From positions 1,116,001 through 1,180,000 of the forward strand of contig JBLDXI010000002.1 of NCBI GenBank assembly GCA_047495785.1: a stretch of DNA of 64,000 nt. Reading direction: 5' to 3'. The position numbers and the translations under genes were made by a program. The notes under the pieces are model-generated. The model ran no database searches. It saw only the letters and a program-made list of their open reading frames with translations, and was not told where the DNA came from. This document shows positions 36,901-46,068 of this stretch, in pieces; positions within the stretch are counted from its first letter, which is position 1, and each line of letters starts with the position of its first letter. This DNA is from Lepidodermella squamata. Taxonomy: Eukaryota; Animalia; Gastrotricha.

Positions 36901-39699
36901 GTTAGCAAAACAGCTGAAAAAGTACAGGTCGACACCGCAGATGGCTGCGTTGATCGAGCGACGACATAAAGCGTTGCGACAGTACCGTTCTACGGGAAAC
37001 CCTGTGTTTCAGGCCAGGGCGGACGCGTTCTATGCTCGATTCAAAGAGTTAGCAGCCTTAGCTGAAGAGCGCAAGCACACGCGTAACCTTCAGCGGATGG
37101 AAAAGCGTAGAAGGGTAGATTCGGGGGCGTTCTTCCGGGCTTTTCGTGAGATCACAGCTGAGAGTGGGTCGGCACCAGGGCCAGCGATCCGCACCCTGAC
37201 CAACGAGGCAGGTGAGCTGGTTGTCGGTGACGCGGCCAGAGCCGAGTTGTTCCGCGATCATTACAAGTCGCAGTTGAACCCTAAGCCGAAGGTCGAGAAT
37301 GATCCAGAGATCAAGGCACATCATGCCGAGGTCGAAAGGATTGTTCAAGAGGATCGGGAGCTGTTCAACCCGATCGAGACCAAGGAGATTGACGTGAAAG
37401 TCATGATCTCAAGGGCTGAGATGAGAAGCGCGGTTCGACGTTTGAAGCTCAAGGCTCCAGGCCGTGATGAGATTTCGAACGTGCTCATCAAGAAGGGTGG
37501 GCCGGTACTTTGGGCGTATCTGCGCCATTTGTACAATTATAGCCTAGCTTGTGGGTTCGTGCCGGAGAGGTGGAAGTTGGCCGTTATCGTCCCGCTTCCG
37601 AGGTCAGGGAAGGACTTGTCGAAACCGTCAGGTTACCGTCCCGTGTCGCTTCTTCCGACAGTAGCGAAGCTGCTAGAGCTCATTTTGGCTACTAGGCTAG
37701 CTCTTCTTTTCAGGTCAAATAATATAATTCCTGATCATCAGTCTGGTTTTCAGATACGCCGATCGACGAGCGATCAAACTTTCCGATTCTCGCAGGCCAG
37801 AGCGATGGCGCGGCGTCGTCGAACGAAGATGGTGATGATCGCGGCCCTGCTGGATTTCGAAGGCGCCTTCAACGCGGTGTGTCACAACTCGCTGCGCGTG
37901 AAGCTTCGAGACTGCGTCGCTGTTCCAAGATCAATGGTGCGCTGGGTCTCGTCCTTCCTGACCGGCCGGACCTTTACGGTCAAGGTGAGTAGCTCCTTCA
38001 GTGAGACAGCAGATATCGGCTCAGGGGTTCCGCAAGGATCCTCATTGAGCCCTATACTCTTTGCCTTTTTCACAGCGGACTTGATGCCGGACAACAACAG
38101 CGACGAGCGCAAGGCCTTCACCGCTTCGTTCGCTGACGACGTGCTCTTGTTCGCTGTGGCTTGCTACACTGGGATGGCGAAGCAGCGGGTGCAGACGGCG
38201 CTGACGCGGGTCTCTCGATGGAGCAGACTCTGGAAGTTGCCGCTTAGTCCGCCGAAGTGCCAAATGCTGCGGTTTGGCGGACAAGTCAACGACGACGACC
38301 GGCTGTTTGTGGGTGACGAGAAGCTGCCGAAGGTCGCGGCGGCGAAGTACCTTGGTGTCACGTTTGACGCGATCGGGTCGTGGAAGCCGCATTTCGACAA
38401 CATCGAGGCGGATGCGCGATCTCGACTCGGGGCTCTTCGCCGGGTCTGCTTTCCGGGTTCGCCGCTTGGCTTTGCCTCGCGGAAGTTGCTGTATCTGACG
38501 ATCGTGAGACCGGTTCTTGAGTACTCCTGTGTGGCCTGGTTGGATGCGTCGTATGCGCAGAAAAAGCGCTTGATCGTGCTGCAGAACAACTGTTTGCGGG
38601 CGATCATCGGCTCGTCTATTCTGGACAAGCAGGACGAATCTGAGCTCTACCGCCTAACTGGAGTGGAGCCGCTGGAACGCCGCTGGCTGAAACTAGCAGT
38701 CGGCTTTGCTGATCGGGCTTTGCAGTTCGTGCCACCAGTCGCCGCCATGATCGCCGACCATCGTCGAGAGTGGGGCGTGGCTGGTACCCCGCTCGGACAG
38801 TTCATCAATTTTGTGGGCCGTTAGGCCTTGTCTATCTATGTATGTATATGAGCATCAGTCAGTTTAATACAGAAAATAAAACAACAAAAACCCATACACA
38901 ATACACATATATACACAAAATAAAATAAAAACAAAACCACATTAGCCCTGTGCCACGACTGTAAATGAGTGTGTGCGTTGTCATATATATTTCTTGTTTT
39001 TTATAAAAAGATGAAACGCATAACATATGCTGTTACTGTTATTAATTGCTGCTATTTGATATACTTGCTACTATTGTCGGTCAAAAGTTGTTAACAAGAG
39101 ACCGTTTTTCCAATAAAACAAGACCGTTGGAAAAAAAATGTAGTATCTGTTCTTTGTAGTTTAATATCTACAACGGCCTCCATGTGGGGCCTACGATATT
39201 AGCCCTATTTTTGGCTAGCCGGGCGGGAGCAGCCAGCTTGCTGGACCCCGTCCACGAGTCGGCCCGGTATTGCAGTACCTCCGGGATTCGGCTCACCCCC
39301 TGAAAAGGGGGATTGAAACTAAAAACAAATAGCCAGCTTAAAAAGTGTCTTCGCACAGGTATCAACGTGGCGAGGATAGATGACGGAGAGCTGATAATCG
39401 AGTCTGATCAAATCATCAAAGACGACGTTATTCACTTTGCGAAACTGGTCGCGCTCAGCGATTTATCGGCTATCAAAAGCAACACCCCCGATGCGGTCAT
39501 TTCCGACAGATTGGCCTCCTCAATTTTGCTCTATGGTGAGGGACATTCGTTCTCGAAATCTGGAAACGGCAAACAGCCTGCGACAAGGACCAACTTTCAC
39601 ATTTCTCTTCTACGTCTGGCTGATAAATCGTCAGCTGCTCAGCTTATTCCTCATTTGCATGTACTTCCCATCATTTTTTCGGCTCTTGTTTTGAGGTGA
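33947..39699 (+). CDS. Secreted, probably GPI-anchored PQQ beta-propeller protein homologous to bacterial quinoprotein glucose dehydrogenase (Gcd), 15 exons
   Basis: The frame stays open across 14 GT-AG introns. Signal peptide MGPNYLVLLLVILSAICDA. Gcd-like blocks: FCAGV..KCDVQVF...LFTLDGRTGRDC, YGVTIPPLI, and YSAELDLIF...EDRFANSVLALRLQDLTVIWNYRFLYHDDFVFDYRHPPTLVEL...GNIYWLDAATG. Hydrophobic C-terminus SSAAQLIPHLHVLPIIFSALVLR*. Confidence 0.82.
36723..36856 (+). promoter_or_regulatory. Putative U2 snRNA promoter (GC box and octamer)
   Basis: GGGGCGGAGC at 36723-36732 and a perfect octamer ATGCAAAT at 36786-36793, directly upstream of the U2 +1 at 36857. Confidence 0.55.
36857..36899 (+). ncRNA. 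U2: U2 snRNA gene, 5' part (nt 1-43), interrupted by a LINE
   Basis: ATCGCTTCTCGGCCTTTTTGGCTATGATCAAAGTGTAGTATCT is the canonical U2 5' end, with stem I, the U2/U6 helix region and the branch-point-recognition sequence GTAGTA. Confidence 0.97.
36899..38824 (+). CDS. LINE ORF2 C-terminal part (reverse transcriptase), uninterrupted; endonuclease lost by 5' truncation
   Basis: KAPGRDEI, YRPVSLLPTVAKLLE, QSGF, LDFEGAFNAV, GVPQGSSLSP, FADD, KYLGVTFD, then the Jockey-type tail RKLLYLTIVRPVLEYSCVAW...LQNNCLRAI. No C-terminal RLE or RNase H. The start codon in the ORF track is a TTG at the junction. Confidence 0.94.
   Translation: MLAKQLKKYRSTPQMAALIERRHKALRQYRSTGNPVFQARADAFYARFKELAALAEERKHTRNLQRMEKRRRVDSGAFFRAFREITAESGSAPGPAIRTLTNEAGELVVGDAARAELFRDHYKSQLNPKPKVENDPEIKAHHAEVERIVQEDRELFNPIETKEIDVKVMISRAEMRSAVRRLKLKAPGRDEISNVLIKKGGPVLWAYLRHLYNYSLACGFVPERWKLAVIVPLPRSGKDLSKPSGYRPVSLLPTVAKLLELILATRLALLFRSNNIIPDHQSGFQIRRSTSDQTFRFSQARAMARRRRTKMVMIAALLDFEGAFNAVCHNSLRVKLRDCVAVPRSMVRWVSSFLTGRTFTVKVSSSFSETADIGSGVPQGSSLSPILFAFFTADLMPDNNSDERKAFTASFADDVLLFAVACYTGMAKQRVQTALTRVSRWSRLWKLPLSPPKCQMLRFGGQVNDDDRLFVGDEKLPKVAAAKYLGVTFDAIGSWKPHFDNIEADARSRLGALRRVCFPGSPLGFASRKLLYLTIVRPVLEYSCVAWLDASYAQKKRLIVLQNNCLRAIIGSSILDKQDESELYRLTGVEPLERRWLKLAVGFADRALQFVPPVAAMIADHRREWGVAGTPLGQFINFVGR
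36900..39138 (+). mobile_element. 5'-truncated non-LTR retrotransposon (Jockey/I-group-like) inserted in U2 snRNA, with 10-bp TSD and A8 tail
   Basis: RT ORF to 38824, AT-rich 3'UTR, AATAAA at 39112-39117 and A8 at 39131-39138. TSD TGTAGTATCT at 36890-36899 and 39139-39148. Confidence 0.96.
39139..39298 (+). ncRNA. U2: U2 snRNA gene, 3' part (from nt 34 to the end)
   Basis: TGTAGTATCTGTTCTT, stem IIa TTGTAG-TTTAATAT-CTACAA, stem IIb GGCCTC..GGGCC, Sm site ATTTTTG at 39207-39213, stem III, and stem IV with loop ATTGCAGTAC. Confidence 0.97.
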
Positions 39700-41051
39700 A
39701 AATAAAAATTATTTATATTACGCAACAAAACACGTGAGAAAACAAGCTTTTTTATTACCTCTTGCAGCAACAATATTATTATTCTTCCATTTTTTATGAT
39801 AATAAAACGACTTTGTACAGATGGCTGAATCCGCCATTTTTAATACAGTCGATTCAGTTCGCAATATAATAATCGTAACAGTAGTGTTAAAAATAGAAAA
39901 GTATACATTTTTCACGTTTTGTTTTTTCCGAAAAGAGAAGATTGACCATCCGGCGTTATCATGTCATACAAAAACACAGCCATGCGCTTCAAAGGGCGAT
40001 TGAAGACTAGGCGGAATTTCGTCCGAGAGAGAGAAACAACTCGTGATGATATATATTGTACATTACAATAACGGCGGTCATGGCTCAGGAAATTATCAAG
40101 TGTATTAAAGCAAGGCTCGAGCAGTCGCTTCTTTCTTTCACAGCGAGAGAAATGGGACTTTGATTTGCATATCAGGAGCAGGCTACATCTTAATATTGTT
40201 ATAAAAACAGAGGAAGCAAAACAAGCAGCTGGTTTCATGTGACACGGAAACAGCATCGGCAAAAAGCAGCGTCGCGATTGTTCAGCTTATTATAGATGAA
40301 TTTGATTTCACTCGTTTCCAGCAGATCCTAAAAGAAAACAATAAGGAATTGAAAATTTGAACTCCTATTTCTAAAATAATCTAGCTTTAAAAAACTACTG
40401 GTCTCCTTCTGCCGACTTCTGCCTGATTTACCACTGACCCAGTTTAATAATATTCCGAAATTGATGACGACTCTGTTGAAAGAGCTAATTATTTATGTGA
40501 ACATCGCTTTTGCTGGAGATTTCTGTAGCCGCTCCTAGCGGATTTCCGACCGATCGCGCCCGCGTAGCCCGATCCCTTGAGTTTTTGAGCGCATCCGATT
40601 TTGCGATGCCCTTAGACGTCCGCGGCCGCCCCGGCGACTTAGCATTTTCGCGTGAATTTTTCTCAATTTCGAGATGTAGCTTCGACCCATGTTACAGCGC
40701 GGGTATACTTGATAGCTCTGCTAGAGCTATTTTGCTAAAGATGGTATACACAGTCGTTTTCCTCAGTGGTGCGGCGCTTTTCGCGACCGCTGTTGTCAAT
40801 AGTCGCTTTTTGACTAATGCTTGTGATAGTGTTCTGTCTCACGGACATTTTTGTTTCCTGTTTGTTGTTCACCCAGGTGAACGCGAACTTGTAAAAAATC
40901 ACGGAAAAACTGAAAAAAGTGACAGTAAAATTGGTCTAAGGAAAAAAGTCAGGCGTAGCGAGTCCGGCCGCAGGCAAGAAGATTGCGACGAAGAAGCCGG
41001 TGACGAGAGGAAAAGAGCAGGAGGTAGTTATTGAGAGTAGCCTAAGTCGGC

Positions 41052-41082
41052 CTTCTCGGCCTTTTTGGCTATATCAAAGTGT
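41052..41082 (+). pseudogene. U2: Second U2 snRNA 5' fragment (nt 5-36, 1-nt deletion), promoterless
   Basis: CTTCTCGGCCTTTTTGGCTAT-ATCAAAGTGT is identical to 36861-36892 apart from one deleted G. The upstream flank is unrelated to the U2 promoter. Confidence 0.88.
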
Positions 41083-42445
41083 TTTAACGCAAATTCGGAT
41101 TATTCTGATATTGCTTCATTTGATTTGATAAAAGTAGCATTGCTAGCACTCCTCTTACTATTTGCTGCCTTATCAAGCCCTCTCTCCTGAGATCGCGAGA
41201 TAGGCTTCTTATAGTATAGGCGTAAGCTATTAATGTTCTTTCACACCGAGGTCTAGCGTACTTCGCTTCGTCCGAGTAACTCAGGGTTTGGGCATTCCCT
41301 CTCCCTGCATGAAAAGCGAAGCCAGTATGTCTGGACTTCATAGGGGCGTAGTAGTTCGTTCCACCGAGATGAGCTCTGACTCTGATCGGTCGGCCCGTTC
41401 AGCGGGCAAGGTCAAGCCTTGCGATTGCAAGCAAGTCCATCGGACGGCCACTGCTTCGCGAGGAGTCCCCGAAGCCCTTGGTTGGATCCTTGAAGGGCCC
41501 CAAGTTGGCAGAGCGATGCTCCCCTGTCCGGCTCCGGCTGGAGATCCTCGTTGATAATGAGGGACTGTTCACGGTTGTGGCGTCAAAGACTTTGTCGTCT
41601 TTGTCTTTAGGTTCAATCATTTCAGTTACAAACCTTCCGCTTTCTGCGCTGGTTCTTAATATATACCAGTGTTTGCGCCGTAACATCCTCCAACGGAAAA
41701 GCAACAGGCCGTCTTTAAGGTTCTTCCTTAGTTCTTTCTACGATGACCCGACGTGGCCATTCCGATCGGAAAAAGGATTCCGACGTCGAAGAGCGCGTCA
41801 AAAGAGTTGAGGATTCGATGCGAGGGGTTAAAGGCACGATTGATCAAATGCATGAAATGCTCGTCATTCTGACTAACGAAAACTAACGATCAACCCCTAA
41901 CCACACATTGCAGCGCAAGACTGGACAACGCCTACTTAAAACCGAGTTTCCTTCAACTTTTTTTATTAGGGATGGTTGGGGTTTATTTCGGGCTTTGTGG
42001 TTCCGATTTGAATGTTGCTTCTGATTCTGCTTGCTCGCCAATGCCTTCTGCTTGGGTGAGCGACGACGTCTTTGTTTTTTCGGGCCCGCTTTCACTGACG
42101 AAGCCTTCTGCAACGGCAGTAGTAGCCGCTCCAAGCGGAAAGTGGCCTGTTTTTAACTACCTATGCTTTTTTCGCTTTTGCGGGCCCTCTGCTGAAGCAA
42201 AGTTTGCCGGGCTAGACCCGAAACGTCATCGCGAGCTCACTGCGGTCTCACCTGAGGCCAAGATCACGAAGCCGTGGATTTGTCGCTGTGGGGCACTTGG
42301 TTTGATGTGCAAGGACGCCGCGACTGTTAAGATGCTTCTTACGCGCAAAGGCTGGCCTGCGTCTGCGTTCAGCGGCAACGCCCGGCCGCGTCGCCCGACG
42401 TCGTTTGATTACAAGGACTTCGACCCGGAAATAATGAAGGCGGCA
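41083..42445 (+). mobile_element. Decayed retroelement-like segment (possible LINE 5'UTR plus frameshifted ORF1) fused to the U2 fragment
   Basis: GC-richer than its flanks, with no intron signals. Broken coding-like pieces: MSGLHRG.. at 41327, a coiled-coil-like KGTIDQMHEMLVILTNE, and KPWICRCGALGLMCKDAATVKMLLTRKGWPASAFSG. Family assignment is inference. Confidence 0.45.
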
Positions 42446-42922
42446 GTAGCCGCTCCTAGCGGATTTTTACCTTTTGCAAGTGCTCTCTGCCTCAGCAGAC
42501 ATGTTTATTGCTAAACATATTCTTGTAGACTTCGTTGAAGCCTTCAATTTGCCTATGCAGTCGGAACTATTTACGACGGCTAGATTAGTGTTTTATCACA
42601 TTACAATTCTGGACAGGACCCAATTTCGTGTACTCAGCAAACTCATTCTATGCATATCTCTACCAACCTTTCATCTACACAGCGAACTATTGTCCGCGAA
42701 TATGGCTTTATTGCCCTGGCTAACATTTCAACAACGAAACTAGCATAACTCGGCTTGAAATTTTGCAATGGAACTGCATGGAGAATATTCGAAATTGTTC
42801 AAAATTTTTAAGCTGATTTGTGCTAATTATTTGTTGACGGCAGGGCTTAAAATCTTAACTTGCAATTTCCCTGATAATATAACGGTATGTAAACCTTTGA
42901 ACCCATTTGATTAGTATCTGTA

Positions 42923-44447
42923 CTAATCTAATAATTCAAATTCGAACAACTTACCATAGCCATTATTATTGCCATTCGGAACGATAGGTGTGAAAGAAGA
43001 CGCAGACTGGTCGCCCAGATTGACCAGTTGCCCAGTTGTTATAAGCTGCTCGGTGGATGGTACTCGATGCGACATCGAAACCTGCCCAGATTCCAAATCA
43101 CTAGCCGAAGATTGCGCACGGAATCGGCACGGAAATTTGATGCCATCGACCGTGCTCGACGGAACAGGTACCAGCCACAGCTTCGGGTCATTGCCGAAAA
43201 CTTGGCGCCAGTTTTCAGCGTACGTAACACGGTAGCCGCGGCGATCTGGGCCGTTTTGGAAATAGGGCGGGTGGAAACTTTCAATTGTCGATTGGTTCGT
43301 TAGAGTCAGGTAAATGTGGTAGGAGAACAACGCGAACACGCTTAGAGCGAACATTAACGCGACGAAAAACACGAACAGCACGTTGAATTTGACTAACGAG
43401 GAAACATTGTCCCCATACGAGGTCTGCAAAAAAATTTAATTTTTTTCAAAAATCGAAATATTTTGAATAAAAAACACTCAGTGAACGAAATCACGCGCAT
43501 GCTTAAACAAATTAGGGGATTTTTTTAAACGCACTGGAGCAATTCTTGTTGAGGAATTATCTATATTTCGAAGTTCGTTCATGATTCCGTAGTATTGATC
43601 GTCCTGTTTCGATTTATCATTAAATTAATTACCCCAAATAAAATTTTGGAAATAATATTAAGGTGGAATTATCGCGAATTAAAACATACCGTCCATATTT
43701 GAACGAAAAATGGAGCCGTCGATAAGGCAACGTAGAGGCAATAGACAATCGCATAGAATAGAAACAGCATGAATAGCTTGTAGTTGGACCATCCAACCGT
43801 ATTGTTAACCCACGGGCAGTAGTGATCCATCTTAAAAATTACAAAAATTAGCAAAAATTATCTTGAGCAGTGGTAAAATTACTTTTAAAACACATTTTCC
43901 AATGACACCGCAGTGGTGAGTTCGATCGGGCTTGCAGCACTGACACTTGTCACAGAATCGAGTGCTGCCGTCTACGTTGCGTTGAGCCACCGGGAGGGAT
44001 CGTGCGAAATCAGCCAGCATTCGCCGCCGTTTATTCGCGTCATTTTCAGAATAGTAATTCATGATTAAATCGGCTGACGGGTAAAATTCATCCGGAACGC
44101 CGGCTGGGTCGCTGAAGATTGTGCGGTAGTAGACGAACACGAAAGTGATGAAGAAAATGTGGAAAAATATCAAATAGAAGACTATTGTTACGGTGTCATT
44201 GATGAATCCTGAAACAGACAATCGCAATATTTTCAAAAAATTCAGCGAATTTTCGTAGCTTACCAAAACATAGATTAACAACATAAGCGTAGTAAGACCA
44301 CGCGACTATTGTTGAGATGAAAGCTGGAGGAAACCATCGGCAGACTCTGAAACATGTGTCCTGGCATGTGTTGAGCTTCGACTTGCTGCTGCGAACCGAA
44401 GTTGCAGGGCAGTTCGGCCCATTCGCCGGTCTTGAAGAACCGTTCAT
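42923..44447 (-). CDS. Palmitoyltransferase of the ZDHHC2/15/20 family with a DHYC variant motif, 4 exons
   Basis: TM1 [19 protein letters not shown], the cysteine-rich domain [24 protein letters not shown]|[20 protein letters not shown], the TTxE-like NQSTIESF, and the PaCCT-like [17 protein letters not shown]. Confidence 0.92.
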
Positions 44448-44741
44448 AAAATTTAAAGCCTACGCGAGAAAATCAATGATAAATTTTCAACTGAGCACAA
44501 CAAACAGCATTTATTCAATTATATCAATTTTGCAGCTGTCGCTTTTCATTCAGCGTACAAGTGGAAGGTATTCAAATAAACATTAAGAACGAACGCAGAA
44601 TTATTGTGTGAAAACCAGCTATAGAGAAAAAATATAGTTAAAGGCAAAGTTCAAGGAGCAATTTTTAATCTGCTTAAAATTTGCTTTTTTCCGCTAAATT
44701 TTTTCTCCATAGGATTATAAGGCTTGTGATTAAATGATAAT

Positions 44742-46068
44742 CTACAGAATCGTTTCTTTGCAAGACGCAGTCATGAGACCGACAAGCACCTCTTGCACAA
44801 AAAGAGCCCGACTGCGCGCGTCATCGGTGCTCATCACATTAGTGATCGATTTTTCGCGTTCCTCACACCAGCGAGATAATGCTGAGTGCGAAGAACTGCG
44901 GGCGGCAGATGACTGCTGCTGTTGCTGCTGCTTGTTTTCTTGCCCAGTTTCAGCGCCACCGCCGCCTATTAATACGACATTTCCTTGCCGATTTTGCGGC
45001 GGTGCAGGGGCGCCTTGATTTCTTTGCGGCAGTCGCTCTAAATGCTGCAGTTCTTCTAGCAAACTTCTTGCGGATTGAAGTTGCTGCTCTAATTGAGCTG
45101 CGACCGAATTTCCACCGCCGCCTGATGGCGCTAGCATCGATAAGCCACTTCCGGCTAATGAACTAACGATTCGGCTACCACCCCGGCCCCGGCCGCTGCC
45201 CGAGTCATAAATCACAGCTCGCGAATTAGCCATGTGGCTTAACAACTCTGCCAGTGGGTCATTGCTATGTTCGCGTAAATTGGCAACCAGACGCAGCCCA
45301 GATTGCTGCTGTTGCTGTTGTTGGACATTTCCAGTGGAATTGTTTGATGTCGAAGTCCGTTCACGTGATTCACGCTCACGGAAAATGCCACGCCCACGCA
45401 CTAGATTGAGCGAGCGTTCTTCCGCATTTCCACTCGACGGATCGGCCAAGCGTGAAGAAGTCGCTAAATGATGATAAGCTTTAAGTTATTCTGAGGAAAA
45501 GTAAAATATATCTACCTCTTGAAGATCGACTCGCCATTCTTCCGGTACCCCGTCTCGCCATTTGCCTGTCTAACACAGTTCGCAGCTCGCCCGACGAACC
45601 TTCGGATTCAGTCCTAGGTCGGATTTGGTCACCATCGTTATATGAATCTGAGCGATGATCATGCTCAATATGAAGAGCAAATTCGTCAGTGAAATGATTT
45701 TGATCATAGGCAGGGCCAGTTGCTGTGGCGACGCAAATCGGGCATATTACTTCTCGAGCAGCATCGAAAGCATGATCAGCTAAAACATGGTCCCGAAGAG
45801 CTGACGCGGAATATCCCATTTGACCGCACAATGGGCAGGTGAAAGCTGCAACATGGCGAGCATTTTCTGATCCGTAATATAATTCGACGTCGTTAGGAGC
45901 GAGAATGCATTGAACGGGATGATCTGATGAATGATTTGCACTCGTAGCACCTCGCTCAAAGCAAGAGCCGCATAGATCGTAGTCGTAGCAAATCAGACAT
46001 TTGTATCTCTTGCCTGAAAAATTTGAGTCCATGCAGCTGTCACAGCTGACATCATCATGGCGCGACAT
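44742..46068 (-). CDS. KCMF1: E3 ubiquitin ligase KCMF1 (ZZ plus Di19-type zinc fingers), 2 coding exons
   Basis: MSRHDDVSCDSC..NFSGKRYKCLICYDYDLCGSC, FTCPLCGQMG, EVICPIC, DPLAELLS, QLEQQLQSAR and RALFVQEVL. Confidence 0.95.

Noticed and set aside
36900-39138. Assignment of the U2-inserted element to Utopia or Keno
   Set aside because: There is no C-terminal CCHC/restriction-like endonuclease (Utopia) and the RT motifs are not Tx1-like (Keno). This rests on motif recall and needs a phylogeny.
40524-40760. Possible LTR (TGTAGC...GTTACA) with a PBS-like TGGTAT
   Set aside because: No second LTR, no 4-6-bp TSD, and the TGG is neither adjacent to the putative LTR end nor matched to a tRNA 3' end I recognise.
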